Assembly: GCA_965219415.1 (NCBI GenBank)
Contig: CBDCNP010000002.1
Location: 4,384,001 to 4,448,000, forward strand
Reading direction: 5' to 3'
DNA length: 64,000 nt
DNA from: Candidatus Marinacidobacterales bacterium
Lineage (GTDB): Bacteria > Acidobacteriota > Vicinamibacteria > Marinacidobacterales > DATDRI01
Shown: piece after piece, positions 10,071 to 21,278 of the stretch
Layout of the letters: each line of letters opens with the position of its first letter
Position numbering within the stretch: the stretch's first letter is position 1
Program-made: the position numbers and the translations under genes
The notes under the pieces: generated by a model
Databases searched by the model: none
Told to the model about the DNA's origin: nothing
What the model saw: the letters and a program-made list of their open reading frames with translations, nothing else

Positions 10071-11266
10071 CGTGAGGTCAAAATACTCATGCGGCTTCCC
10101 GATGGTAGAAACGGAGCAACCCGCCAAGCCGTTCACGGGAGCGCACCTTGCGCTCGGACTGAGGTAACGGGTCGCTGGCTGGGAACAGCAGCAGATTCTC
10201 CTTGCCTTGATGATTCCTCTCATGATGATAGTAGACGACGTACTCCCTAAGCGCATGACGGAGCGACTTCTCGCCGAACAGGATGAGCTTCGAGAGACAT
10301 TCCTCTTTGACTGACTTCACCCAGCGCTCCGCGAACGAGTTCAAATCCGGGCTCCGTGCGGGCAGCTTGACGGGCGCGACGCCAACCGCCTCGATCCGGT
10401 GGAACGACTCGCAGAACTTCGAGTCCCGGTCGTGAATGAGGTATCGGCTCGAGGACAGAAAGCCAACATCTGCCATGGTCACGTTGCGAGCCACTTGAGT
10501 CATCCACTGTTCGTTCGGATGCGGCGTGATGCCGGCGACGTGGACTCGACGGGTAGCCAGGTGCATGAAGAACAGAACGTAGTACGTCACCAACCCGCCC
10601 TGAGTCCACACTTCCGCGGTGAAGAAATCTGTCGCCGCGAGCACGTCCATGTGCGAGCGGATGAATTCCCTCCACGTCGTGGTCTTCCGACGCTCTGGTG
10701 CGAGCGGAATGCCGTGGCGTTTCAGAATGTTACCGACGGTTTGGTCGGCCACTTCATGCCCGAGGTTGGCTAGCGCCCCGGCAATCCGGTCGTAACCCCA
10801 GGAGTTGTTCTCCTTGGCGAGACGCACCACCAGCTCTTCGATGTCGGCGTCGATTCGCGGTCGCCCTGGATACGGACGGTTCTTGGAGCTATCGAACTTC
10901 TTCGCGACAATCCTCCGGTGCCAACCTAGGATCGTGTCGGGGTTCACGATACTCGCGACCTCATCAAGGGCTTGCTTACCCAGACGCTTTCCGAGCTCGG
11001 CCAGAGACCGCCGTTCTCCATCGGTCAGGCGCAAGCGACCCCGGAGCTGATTGCGAAGAACTCGATTCTCGGCCACAAGATACTCGTTACGCAGGAGCAA
11101 CTCCTCATCCACGGACCCTGAGATGTAGCTCAGCATGGTCTTCCAGTCCATTGCGACTCCTTCCGCTGAACTGGAATACGTATCCGACCTCGATGGCGGA
11201 TTCAAGCAGCCTTTGGAAAGCTGCAAACTGCTGACCCGCTGGGCGTTCGAATATTTTGACCAGACG
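10071..11266 (-). mobile_element. rve/integrase-core transposon, lineage B (MDWKTM type); CDS 10087-11151
   Basis: TIRs CGTGAGGTCAAAATACTC / CGTCTGGTCAAAATATTC; AATDFFT, LIHDRDSKF, NSFAERW (DDE). Confidence 0.85.
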
Positions 11267-11433
11267 CGACCTCCGACGACGAAGAACATCCGTGAGCTCA
11301 TTGTACGCGTGGCGCAGGAGAACCCGATGTGGGGATATACGCGCCTGCGGGGCGCACTCAAGAACCTCAAACACAGACACTAAGCTGCTGATTTATGGTC
11401 TATTTCAAAAGGGCCGAGTTTTGGCACAGGACG

Positions 11434-11600
11434 CCATCGAAGGTCGCCGCATCGTTCCGGCACGCCGACGATGAGCGTGGCCGGGTCGTCGGCATCGGAC
11501 AGCTCGGCAGGTCCACAGGCCAACCCAGTGAAAAGGAGGAGGCCGCAAGACATCCCCCCTAAGCCATTCATAAGCAGAAGCTTAACCCAAGAAGGGTGGC
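11434..11600 (-). pseudogene. 5' fragment of an ABC substrate-binding protein, paralog of the gene at 14818-16413
   Basis: MNGLGGMSCGLLLFTGLACGPAELSDADDPATLIVGVP versus MNSLGLVSCGFLLFTGLACGRAELSDANDPATLIVGVP. Confidence 0.8.
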
Positions 11601-11647
11601 GGTCGCGAACGTTGACTGCCGAGAGACGTTCGGTTACTCTCCAAGAC

Positions 11648-11865
11648 ATGAACGAACGCTTCCGTGTCGGTGTCGACATCGGTGGGACGTTCACCAACTT
11701 CGTGCTGTTCTACAAGACCGCAGGCAACCTGAAGCTCGAGAAGACCTACCGCACGCCGCAGGATCTGCGCCAAGCTCCCAGGCATCGAACCGCAGCGTAT
11801 TCGAAAGGGGCAATCCAAGAACCGGCTGGCTCGTGATTCCCGTGGAGGGAGATCCAACTTCTTAG
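11648..11865 (+). pseudogene. Hydantoinase/oxoprolinase N-terminus fused to an unrelated tail
   Basis: FRVGVDIGGTFTNFVL motif; only about 33 codons retained. Confidence 0.75.
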
Positions 11866-11876
11866 GAGGGAAGCAA

Positions 11877-12284
11877 ATGGCACATAAAAACTTTAGCGTG
11901 GCGGTCGACGATCTTCCATGGGAGCCGTGGGATCTCTATTTCAAGGGCGCACCGCCCAATCCCGAGAGCGGCGAGTACGGTGGCTGGTGCAAAGTCCTGC
12001 GACGCCCCGAAGGTGAGGACCCAGCCTGGACGTTCTTGCTGAGGATCGTCCCCCCGGCCGGAAAGAAACTCCGTTTCGCCGCCATCGCCGGTAGTAACGA
12101 AGAGGGATATCTTTTGGCTGGCAGTGCAGTCGACGCTCAGGGCCGTCGTACCCTAGAGGCGGGAAGCTACTTTTTTACAGCCGCCGGCGCTCCACACGCC
12201 GGCTTCTTGAACGAAGAGCATCTGGTCCTTGTGCACTACGACGGCGACCCGGACATCGTTCGGGAGTTAGAGGTCGTGGACTGA
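11877..12284 (+). CDS. Cupin (ChrR/DUF4437-like) protein
   Basis: AGGAGG RBS; LPWEP, EEGYLLAG, AGSYFFTAAGAPHAG. Confidence 0.7.
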   Translation: MAHKNFSVAVDDLPWEPWDLYFKGAPPNPESGEYGGWCKVLRRPEGEDPAWTFLLRIVPPAGKKLRFAAIAGSNEEGYLLAGSAVDAQGRRTLEAGSYFFTAAGAPHAGFLNEEHLVLVHYDGDPDIVRELEVVD

Positions 12285-12510
12285 GAGGCCTCGGGTGGAT
12301 CCCACTGCAGGTCCTCAATCCGGTCAAGTTTGTGCGGAGCCCATGCCGCCGGTGTCATTTCCTTCGAAGTTGTCCCATCAACGAGTGGAGCTGATCGAAC
12401 CGAGCCACACACACGGCTTGGGGCCTGCTGCCCACAGTGCATGGTGGAAGCACCGGTCTCCCGGTAGAAAAAGGGCGATTATCCTCCCCGTCGTCGCCTC
12501 GTGCGCAAGG

Positions 12511-12676
12511 GGTGCTTGCGCTGTTTGCTGTTGGTGATGTGTACGTATCCCTTTGCAAAAAAAGCGCTTACGCTCCATTTAGCGCACGGCGAAGGTCGTG
12601 AGCGCTATTTTGGCTGTAATTTAATGCAGCGTAAAGTCTTAGCGTCATCTCACCAACACTTAATAGCGGAAGCACC
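12511..12676 (+). repeat. IS1-end MITE, copy 4
   Basis: 166-bp match to the family. Confidence 0.9.
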
Positions 12677-13096
12677 GAACGAGCAGTAGGAATTGCACGT
12701 GGTACGTCATGATGGAGCGGAAGATAACACCTTCGGTCCAGACGATTGTAGAGCCCACGGCCCTTGGCCAGGTCGCAAAACACAGACTCTAAGTGGCTGA
12801 TTTATTGGTCCTTCCAAAAGGGCCGAGTTTTGGCACAGGACGGGGATCGCATTGTGGGAGTCGAAGCGGCCATCCCGTCGTGTCCAAGAACACAAACGAA
12901 CTCAAGACCCTTGGCTGCCTTGGCCCGGTCGCAAACACAGACACTAAGCTACTGATTTAATAGGGCCGAGTTTTGGCACAGGACGGGATCGGGACCAGAC
13001 CTACGGAGCGTACTTCGATAGTCGCGTCGACGGTCTCGGGATGGAGCAGGTTCTTCCCGCACCGCGCTCCCCACCAACAGCAAACAGCGCAAGCAC
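12677..13096. repeat. Stack of rve lineage-C left end, lineage-C mini element, rve core fragment and a MITE end
   Basis: GAGTTTTGGCACAGGACG twice; CGTCGTGTCCAAGAACAC; DQTYGAYFDSRVDGLG fragment, also present at 25607-25744. Confidence 0.75.
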
Positions 13097-13371
13097 TGCG
13101 TCGCACTGAACACTAGATTTCCCCCCACAATGGAAGCCTTGCCATCAACAGGTGAAACGGGACGAGCAACCCCCCGCTGCCAGGAGTTTGACGCCGGATT
13201 CTGTGCTGCGCCGTCGGGAGCAGTGCCGTTCCAAAAGAAAATTAAGAGGACACGTTCAGGCATGAGCAGCTAACATAGTGGAACGGCCAGTTAGGGTCCA
13301 CGAGTTTACCGCGCAGAGGGTAAGCTTCCCGATCTCCAGGCATAAGCCGCTTCCTGTGCTTCTTTACGGAT

Positions 13372-13522
13372 TCAAGAACCAGCGCGATCACCTACAATCA
13401 CCTCATCGCATTTTGAACAGCCTACTTTCAATCCTTCCATTGTCTCAATACACCATGCTTCAGTGCCGCACTTGCGACACTTGAGCCGTTCGCCTGTTTC
13501 CAGATATGTATGTATGGCTCAT
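13372..13522 (-). pseudogene. Zn-ribbon microprotein (about 48 aa) frameshifted by an ACAT duplication
   Basis: MSH-TYLETGERLKCRKCGTEAWCIETMEGLKVGCSKCDEVIVGDRAGS; GGGAGA RBS. Confidence 0.55.
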
Positions 13523-13546
13523 TCTCCCATATCCCTCGCCGCACCG

Positions 13547-13909
13547 TCACTGGACCTCTTCGGCACGATCCTCAGCAATTTTCGCCTGACCCGATCTTCC
13601 GAGGCCCTCGTGGACCATACCCAGAAGTTTCCATGCCTGCGTCTTCCACGGAGCCAGTTGTACGGCGCGCTCAGCAGAATCGATAGCGCCGCTGAAATCG
13701 CCTGTTCGCCACCGAAAGTAGGCTCGCTGAAACGGAATCTCCCAATATTCTGGACAAAGCGATTGACCTCGATTAAGTACCGCTTCCGCCTCTTCGTATT
13801 GTTCTGTCCACTCACGGAATCGCGCCAAGTAGCAGAAGTCGCTGGGTTCTCTCATCTGTTCATCACGAACGATCTGAGCAAAAAACTCAACGGCCTCCGG
13901 TACAATCAC
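13547..13909 (-). CDS. TPR protein (possibly 5'-truncated)
   Basis: YEEAEAVL, GDFSGAIDSAERAVQLAP, AWKLLGMVHEGLGRSGQA. Confidence 0.65.
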   Translation of the reverse strand: MIVPEAVEFFAQIVRDEQMREPSDFCYLARFREWTEQYEEAEAVLNRGQSLCPEYWEIPFQRAYFRWRTGDFSGAIDSAERAVQLAPWKTQAWKLLGMVHEGLGRSGQAKIAEDRAEEVQ

Positions 13910-14091
13910 GCGCTTTCCATCCGTTGTGACCTGACCCCACGTCTAGTACCACGTTGTATCTCAGTAATTCGGTGCTGACAAGGGCTGGTTGAAGCCGGCG
14001 GAGTGGAGCGGAGCCGGTTTCAACCAAATCGTTTCCGGTGTCGGCGGTCGGTAACCCGACGAGCTGTGGGGTCTGAGACAATTGAACTCTT

Positions 14092-14164
14092 GCCGGCCGA
14101 GTTTGAACGACGGATGATGATTTCGGCAGCTTAACTAAACCGTCTACGAAACCGGATCAAGCCC
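14092..14164 (+). repeat. IS3 lineage-3 right-end remnant
   Basis: AACCGTCTACGAAACCGGATCAAGCCCA, near-identical to the end at 27064. Confidence 0.75.
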
Positions 14165-14727
14165 AGCGATGCCATCGAGCTATTGGCGCTTGGAACCAAA
14201 GCCGCCAAGACCGGTGATCTGGAGACGGCGTCGCAAGTGGAGAACCGCCTCGCCGTCCTCCAAGGCGAGGACACCTCGGGACTCAAATCACGGGTTCAGG
14301 GACAGGTCACGCTGGAGGACCTGAAGCGCACGGTTGGGATCTCTTATAGAGCGGTAGCGGCTTGGATCCGGCTGAGGGAAGGACGGCCTGAAGAGGCGCT
14401 CGGATATGTGAAGGAGGCGTTGGCTATCGAAGCGGAGATGCACCCAGCTTACGGCCCTCCTGAGCCCATTAAGCCACCTCAGGAGCTCTACGGGGAAATC
14501 TTGCTCAAGCTCGGTCGCGCCCAAGAGGCGGCCGCCCACTTCGAGGAGATGCAAATCCGTTTTCCGAATCGCACCCAATCGATTCTCGGCGCCGCATAGG
14601 CGGCCGTCAAGATGGGCGATGCCGCCAAAGCGCGGCGGTATTACGAGCACTTACTCAAGATCTGGACGACACCAGCCAATCCCCGGGACTCCAAGAGGCA
14701 AAGCAGTACCTTGCCTCGAGCGAGTAA
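14165..14727 (+). pseudogene. TPR protein C-terminal remnant with an internal stop
   Basis: ELYGEILLKLGRAQEAAAHFE...PNRTQSILGAA*AAVKMGDAAKARRYY. Confidence 0.7.
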
Positions 14728-14817
14728 AAGCCAGAAACAGCGAACGCAAGGACTAGCATAGACGGGGAACGACCGCGTTCGCCACATGCCCGTAGCCGTT
14801 CCGGCGCTTTTCCAGAG

Positions 14818-16413
14818 CTATTGTTTGCGAAGATACTGAAAACGCAGGATCTGATCATTGAAATGGACGTAGCCGTCTACGTTCCGCCTGGTCGCCAGGA
14901 GGAAGTCGGGCTGTGTGATCCACACCCTCGGGGCTTCTTGGATAATCCTCTGTTGTACTTCGGCGAGAAGCTCTCGACGGCTCACCGGCTCCAGCTCCGT
15001 CCCCGCTCGGTCAATCATCTCATCCAGCACGGGGTTTAAGTACTCACCGGTGTTCAAGAAAGCCCCACTGATATAACCGAGGGTAAGTGGATAAGCAGGA
15101 TCGTCCACAAACCACAGATTCTGATCCAAGAACAGCCGCAGAGAGCGGGAGGCGCGCCGCTCGGCGTAGACGGCGGGAGTGAGCTTGACGATGGTCACTT
15201 CGACCCCAATCTCTTTGAGCGCCGATTGGACTAGGACCGCAATGGCCTCGTGATCGGGTACACCGCTATCGAGTGCCAGATCCACCGCGAACCCCTCGGG
15301 ATAGTCGGACGATGCCAACAAGGCCTTGGCTCTTTGGGGATCGCATTTCCCAAACGGGTAGTTCCCGGGCTGGTGTCCGGGAAAACCAACCGGGATCGGT
15401 CCGGCGGTGGCTTGCGCCCGACCAAAATAGACATCCCTCATGATCGCCTCGTACGGCACCGCGTACGACAACGCGTGCCGAACCTGAACGTCATCGAAGG
15501 GCGGCATCTGGCAGTTCATGACCAAACTGACAGTTTGCGTGCTCGGTAGTGAAAGCACTTTGACTCCTGGTACACGCGCCATCGCGTCGTTCTCTTCTGC
15601 GGAGAGACGTTCCACCACATCCAAATAGCCCGACACCAGCAACATCATGCGATCCGCGGCGGAGGGAATGATCTTCATGACCACCTTGTCGATCGACGGT
15701 GCGCCTCTCCAATAGTTCTTGTTGGCCCGCAGAATGATTTCGACGCCTCGGGTCCAGCTGTCCACGAAGTAAGCACCCGCACCCGCGGTGTTCTGGCGCA
15801 GCCAAGTCTCGGCCCATTTCTCTTCGGGCTCGCTTTGGGACCGGACGAGCTCGGGATCAAGGGGTCCGGCGTTCGGCAATATGAGAAGGCGGGGCAACAA
15901 TGGGATGGGGCGATCCGTTGTGATCCGCACGGTGTCTTTAGTGATGACCTCGACCGCTTCCGGACCGGGGACACGCCCCAAGCTTCGATAGAGAAAGGCG
16001 CCGCCCGACCCTTTGACCCCGAAATTTCGATCGAAAACGCGCTTGACCGTCTCGGCGTCAACGGCGTGACCGCTCGGAAACCGAACTCCCGGGCGCACTT
16101 TGAGATTCCAGGTAACGCCGTCGTCGGCGACGGTCATCGACTCCAGGGCGGCACCTTCCAGGCGGTCGGGAATCCAATGTCGCAGACCTTGTTCGTTCAA
16201 CTCCCATGAATGCGTCATGAGGGTCTCGTACGTGTTCATGATGACACCCACGGATCGCGGCGTCGAAGCAAAGACACTATCGAAGGTCGCTGCATCATCC
16301 GGCACGCCGACGATGAGCGTGGCGGGGTCGTTGGCATCAGACAGTTCGGCACGTCCACAGGCTAAGCCAGTGAAAAGGAGGAAGCCGCAGGATACCAACC
16401 CTAAGCTGTTCAT
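14818..16413 (-). CDS. ABC transporter substrate-binding lipoprotein, family 5 (Opp/Dpp)
   Basis: Lipobox GLAC; DDGVTWNLKVRPGVRF, GAGAY, NKNYW, PFDDVQVRHALSYA. Confidence 0.9.
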   Translation of the reverse strand: MNSLGLVSCGFLLFTGLACGRAELSDANDPATLIVGVPDDAATFDSVFASTPRSVGVIMNTYETLMTHSWELNEQGLRHWIPDRLEGAALESMTVADDGVTWNLKVRPGVRFPSGHAVDAETVKRVFDRNFGVKGSGGAFLYRSLGRVPGPEAVEVITKDTVRITTDRPIPLLPRLLILPNAGPLDPELVRSQSEPEEKWAETWLRQNTAGAGAYFVDSWTRGVEIILRANKNYWRGAPSIDKVVMKIIPSAADRMMLLVSGYLDVVERLSAEENDAMARVPGVKVLSLPSTQTVSLVMNCQMPPFDDVQVRHALSYAVPYEAIMRDVYFGRAQATAGPIPVGFPGHQPGNYPFGKCDPQRAKALLASSDYPEGFAVDLALDSGVPDHEAIAVLVQSALKEIGVEVTIVKLTPAVYAERRASRSLRLFLDQNLWFVDDPAYPLTLGYISGAFLNTGEYLNPVLDEMIDRAGTELEPVSRRELLAEVQQRIIQEAPRVWITQPDFLLATRRNVDGYVHFNDQILRFQYLRKQ

Positions 16414-16439
16414 AAAACTAAGCTTAACCCATGATGGGT

Positions 16440-16828
16440 GCATACTGAATCCCGCGGTCGGAATGATGCACCAGCCCTTGTTCCGGCAAACGATGTCCCA
16501 GGGCCATGTGAAGCGCTTCGAGGGCAAGCTGTGTTCGTAGGTGCGGTTGCATCGCCCAGCCAACGATGCGACGCGAGAACAGGTCGACGATGATGGCCAG
16601 GTACAGCCAGCCTTCCCATGTCCGAACGTACGTGATGTCCGTCGCCCACGACTGGTTCGGTCGGTCGGCTTCGAAGTTGCGCGCCAGCAAGTTGGGCGCG
16701 ACCGGGCGATCGTGGTTGCTATCGATGGTACACCGGAAGCGCTTATGCGGCACGCCCCGCAGGCCCATCTCGCGCATCAGCCGGGCAACGCGCTCTTTGC
16801 CCACCTCGACGTCTTCGTTGCGCAGCTG
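16440..16828 (-). pseudogene. IS3 OrfB internal fragment related to lineage 2
   Basis: WATDITYVRTWEGWLYL...HHSDRG. Confidence 0.85.
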
Positions 16829-18028
16829 GGTGCTTCCGCCATCAAGTGTTGCTACGCAGCTGCGGGCAGTGGTACAGGTGCAGAAGAGACTGGGTTGCGC
16901 GCCCTACTGAGCAGGAAAACCTCGATCCGCGACCACAAAGGAATCGTCGTCGCCAAGAAGATGTCTCGAAAGGTGAGCCGTCGCGTGGTGAGACCGGCTT
17001 GCATAGCCGGAGTTCGGATCTCACGTCCGAACTTCAGAGCTCCGTGCGGTCGGACGAAGTTGTAATAGCAACGGAGCAACTCCAGGTGCTCATCGAGCCT
17101 CTCCGTCGAGCGAGCGTGGGAAAGCGTTCGTCTCGAAAGGTATGCCGAGCTTTGCCGGATGGTCAGATTCAACCGCTCGATGAACGACGTGTTCAATGTC
17201 GAAGAGTCCTCGGAGTTATTGAGCGCGTCTTCGAATCGCCACGCGGCTCCGTGCAGCGCTCTGCGTTCGACCTTGATGATGCGATCGTTCCTGCGCGTTT
17301 TGAGGACCTGGCCGTAGAGACACGCTGGCCCGAAGAAGCGACGGATGACTTTCTGGTAGAATTCGAATCCATCCGTGACGATCAAGGGAAGACGCTCGAA
17401 ATTCATCCGCTTCGAAAGGTCGCGAAACAGAGCGTGAGTGTTCCGGTAGCTTCGCCTTCCCGTCACCGTCGATGGCCAGAGCCGAGACCAGACCTCGATT
17501 GTAACGAAGACCCAACTCGGTGTCTTCTTGTTGCCCGCGAATGTGCGAATCTCGTCGGCTTGAAGCTCTTCGGCAGCGAAGCCAGCGATCCTTCTATGAT
17601 TGAATCGACGACACACTTGGGCTGCCTTCTCGAGCCAGCGGGCGACGGTGTTCCAGGCAATCCCTTTGATCCGGGAAATCGAGGAAATGCTGACACCCTC
17701 GACTCTGAGAGCGATGACCCCATCGAAAGTAGCTCTTCGATGTTGGAGACGGTAGTAGGGCGTGCCTTTCGTCGAAGAGAACGTCTTTCCGCACTCGCCG
17801 CACCGGTATCGACGGCGTTTCCCGGACCTTGTTCGGTAGAATCCGTGGCGAACGATGTTTCCGGAACTGACTTTGCCCCGCAACGGACATGCGAGATTGA
17901 GACATCTGCGATTCTTCACTTTGGCTCGGCCCTGACGATGAGAGAACTGTGTCTTCGGAATTCTGGTCCAAACTCTAGCACGCAGACCGGTTAGGGGCTG
18001 GCCGCCAACACTTAATTGCGGAAGCACC
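16829..18028 (-). mobile_element. IS1-family element (complete, single ORF about 16852-17919)
   Basis: TIRs GGTGCTTCCGC(C/A)AT(C/T)AAGTGTTG; Zn finger C..LAC...RYRCGECGKTF, LQADE, IVTDG, NTSFIERLNLTIRQ; no TSD. Confidence 0.88.
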
Positions 18029-18699
18029 ATCGAAGTCTGGTCTCGGCTCTGGCCATCGACGGTGACGGGAAGGCGAAGCTACCGGAACACTCACGCTCTG
18101 TTTCGCGACCTTTCGAGACGGATGAATTTCGAGCGTCTTCCCTTGATCGTCACGGATGGATTCGAATTCTACCAGAAGGTCATCCGTCGCTTCTTCGGTC
18201 CAGCGTGTCTCTACGGCCAGGTCCTAAAAACGCGCAGGAACGATCGCGTCATCAAGGTCGAACGCAGAGCGCTGCACGGAGCCGCGTGGCGATTCGATGA
18301 CGCGCTCAATAACTCCGAGGACTCTTCGACATTGAACACGTCGTTCATCGAGCGGTTGAATCTGACCATCCGGCAAAGCTCGGCATACCTTTCGAGACGA
18401 ACGCTTTCCCACGCTCGCTCGACGGAGAGGCTCGATGAGCACCTGGAGTTGCTCCGTTGCTATTACAACTTCGTCCGACCGCACGGAGCTCTGAAGTTCG
18501 GACGTGAGATCCGAACTCCGGCTATGCAAGCCGGTCTCACCACGCGACGGCTCACCTTTCGAGACATCTTCTTGGCGACGACGATTCCTTTGCGGTCGCG
18601 GATCGAGGTTTTCCTGCTCAGTAGGGCACGCAACCCGGTCTCTTCCGCACCTGTACCACTGCCCGCAGCCGCGTAGCAACACTTGATGGCGGAAGCACC
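18029..18699 (+). mobile_element. Inverted 3' half of the same IS1-family element
   Basis: Near-identical reverse complement of about 16829-17499. Confidence 0.9.
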
Positions 18700-19594
18700 C
18701 CGCGAGGCGCTGATGCGGATGTGGCGCTACGCGGTCATCACGCTGCTAAGGGGGGCCGCACGCCGCGGTGTTCTCGACACCGACATGCCTCGCAACGTAT
18801 TACAGCAATTGCTCACGGCACAGTATGAACGGCGGTGGCACATCTACATCGGGCGGGGTCGGAGCAAAAAGCAGGTTCTGGGATATGCGGGCCGGTATGT
18901 CCGACGTCCCCCGATTGCACAACACCGGTTCCGGAAGATTGACGGTCAAGAAATCCGATTCGTGACGAAGGACACGCGCACGAAACAGGTAGTCGAGACC
19001 ACCTACACGCCAGGCGAGTTCCTGGCTGTCCTGGCCGATCACATCCCCGACCGGTACCGGCACAACATCAGGTACTTCGGTCTGCTCGCTCCTCGCGTGA
19101 AGAGCGACACACACGACGCGATCTTCGCGCTGCTGGGCCAGGAACGGCTAGGAAAGCCTCCTCGACTACGTTGGGCCGCATCGCTAAAGAAAAGCTTCGG
19201 GATTGACCCGCTCCTGGATCGTGATGGACAGCGGATGCGTTGGGATCGGCGGGTACCACCGGCACCATCCCGTGGTCATGGGTTCAGGAAGCCAGCCTTG
19301 GCGTCGCGGTAGCGCCCTTTGTCTCGCCGATCCTAAACTGATTCGCTTCCCGCCTACGAGAAAAGCTCCCAGCGGGCTCCAGAGCATCAGGCCGCAGAGA
19401 TTTGACCCGCCTCCTCCACTACGATCTTATTGATCGTTATGGGTTACCTTCCGAGCCAGCGTGGGCTAAACCCAGGCGCCGATGAGCAACGGACGGCGGC
19501 ATATCTCCATCGCCGCACTGGCTCCCTCGCCGCCTGTACGCCTGTGAGGGCTGGCTCCGGGGCGCATCAGAAATCAGATTTTGATTTTCCTAAA
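18700..19594 (+). pseudogene. IS91-family (Y2) transposase C-terminal half with probable ori end
   Basis: GYAGRYVRRPPIAQHR, LADHIPD..RHNIRYFGLLA; TTGATTTTCCTA near 19581-19592. Confidence 0.75.
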
Positions 19595-19817
19595 GAGATT
19601 AAAGATGAACAAGAATACCTCGACCCGCGACCACAATCGCATATAATAAAGGATGTTGGCGTACCCACAAAGATGTCCCTGAACGTCAGCCACCGCGTGA
19701 TCAGCCCAGCCTGCATCGCCGAAAGAACTTGTATCAGCTGGGACGGATAGGGAACCGTTCGGCGGGCTCGGGTGACAGGGGGTACTACGGTACCTGCTAC
19801 CCCCATACTGGAAACTA

Positions 19818-20762
19818 ATGGCTGCTACCGATCTGACTCAATACCAGTTTGAGCGGCTTGCTTTTATTCGGTATCTGTTCAAGCTTGGTATCCAGCACGC
19901 CCAAGATCCAGGACCTCAGTCAAGTGTCGCCATTCTTCTGTTTCATGACGCCGTAGAGCTGTTTCTCGAACTCGCCTCGCAAAAACTCGACGCCAAGCCT
20001 GCAGATAACTTCATGAAGTACTTCTCACCGCTCGACGAGAAACTGCGGCCCGGTCCACCGTTACCTCTGCGTGAGAACATGCGACGCCTGAACGATGCGC
20101 GCAATGCTCTGAAACACAAGGGGTTGCGTCCTGACCGATCAGATCTTGAGCACTATTCGAATATCGTGATCCGGTTCTTCGAGGAGGTGACGCCTCGAAT
20201 CTTCGAGGTCGACATGGACTCCGTGTCCCTCGTCACCGTCGTTCGATGTGAAACGGCGCGAAAGTACTTATATGTCGCCGAGGCCGCCTATAAGGAAAAT
20301 CGGGCGGCAGACGGATCGGGCGCTTGCGCAGAAGCGTTCGATGAACTCCTCTCCGATTACGAAAGACGCCATGGTGACCGTTGGGGCCAATCTCCTTTCT
20401 CTTCCGGACACTATCTTCGCGACCCACGGTTCTTCGATGAAGAACTATCCCGTGTCGAGAAGCAATTTGAAGAGAGTATTGAAGATCTGAACAAGGCGGT
20501 GAAGGTGCTGCAAGAGAGGATGCGGCTGCTCAGCCTTGGTCTCGACTACCGGCGGTACGTGACATTTCGGCAGCTGACACCAAAGGTCTGGGATATGTTG
20601 GCGAAGCCAAGTCGTCGGATCGACAAGCCACCAAACATCACCTTAGAGCAGTTACAGTTCTGCATCGGCTTCGTAATCGACACTGCCCTTCAACTTCAGG
20701 TTGCGGAAGGTAATATCGGACATCCCGCCGACGGAACAGAACAGAGGAGGAATGATGGCTAG
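19818..20762 (+). CDS. HEPN-like domain protein
   Basis: AILLFHDAVELFL and LNDARNALKH (RxxxxH). Confidence 0.65.
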   Translation: MAATDLTQYQFERLAFIRYLFKLGIQHAQDPGPQSSVAILLFHDAVELFLELASQKLDAKPADNFMKYFSPLDEKLRPGPPLPLRENMRRLNDARNALKHKGLRPDRSDLEHYSNIVIRFFEEVTPRIFEVDMDSVSLVTVVRCETARKYLYVAEAAYKENRAADGSGACAEAFDELLSDYERRHGDRWGQSPFSSGHYLRDPRFFDEELSRVEKQFEESIEDLNKAVKVLQERMRLLSLGLDYRRYVTFRQLTPKVWDMLAKPSRRIDKPPNITLEQLQFCIGFVIDTALQLQVAEGNIGHPADGTEQRRNDG

Positions 20763-21093
20763 TTTGATCTATGCCAACGGGAAGCTCTGGGCAGCCGTTG
20801 GGATTCTCGCGACGCATCCCGGACGCATCCAAGAGCGACTGATCAAGGCCTGCCACGAAAGTCTTGGTTTTGTGCCCGAGCCCGTCTTACCAAGTTATCT
20901 CAAGCCAATCTATCAGCGTGTCTGGCAAAGTGTGACGTCATCGGCTGGATCCGAGCAGGAGGGCCGTTATAAGCCTTCGATCTCTATGCTCTCCGACGAT
21001 GAGGCGGTAGCTGTTGCCAAGGATGTCGTCGAGTTAGCCTATCGCGTCCGTGAAGCTGTGAATGACGATCTTGATCGCCGTAGCCGTCGTTAA
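20752..21093 (+). CDS. Hypothetical protein coupled to the HEPN-like gene
   Basis: GAGGAGG RBS; start overlaps the upstream gene end. Confidence 0.55.
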   Translation: MMASLIYANGKLWAAVGILATHPGRIQERLIKACHESLGFVPEPVLPSYLKPIYQRVWQSVTSSAGSEQEGRYKPSISMLSDDEAVAVAKDVVELAYRVREAVNDDLDRRSRR

Positions 21094-21112
21094 CGCTCAG
21101 CTCGATGTTTGA

Positions 21113-21278
21113 GGTGCTTCCGCTATTAAGTGTTGGTGAGATGACACTAAGACTTTACGCTGTATTAAATTACAGCCAAAATAGCGCTCACGACCTTCGC
21201 CGTGCGCTAAATGGAGCGTAAGCACCTTTTTTGCAAAAGGATACGTACACATCACCAACAGCAAACAGCGCAAGCACC
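21113..21278 (-). repeat. IS1-end MITE, copy 5
   Basis: 166-bp match to the family. Confidence 0.9.

Noticed and set aside
13266-13295. GCTAAC...GTTAGGG as an attC site
   Set aside because: Only about 27 bp with no L boxes; isolated.
16846-17994. Long antisense ORFs over transposases, hsdR, the ligase and the helicase
   Set aside because: Shadow ORFs expected in GC-rich coding DNA; no motifs.
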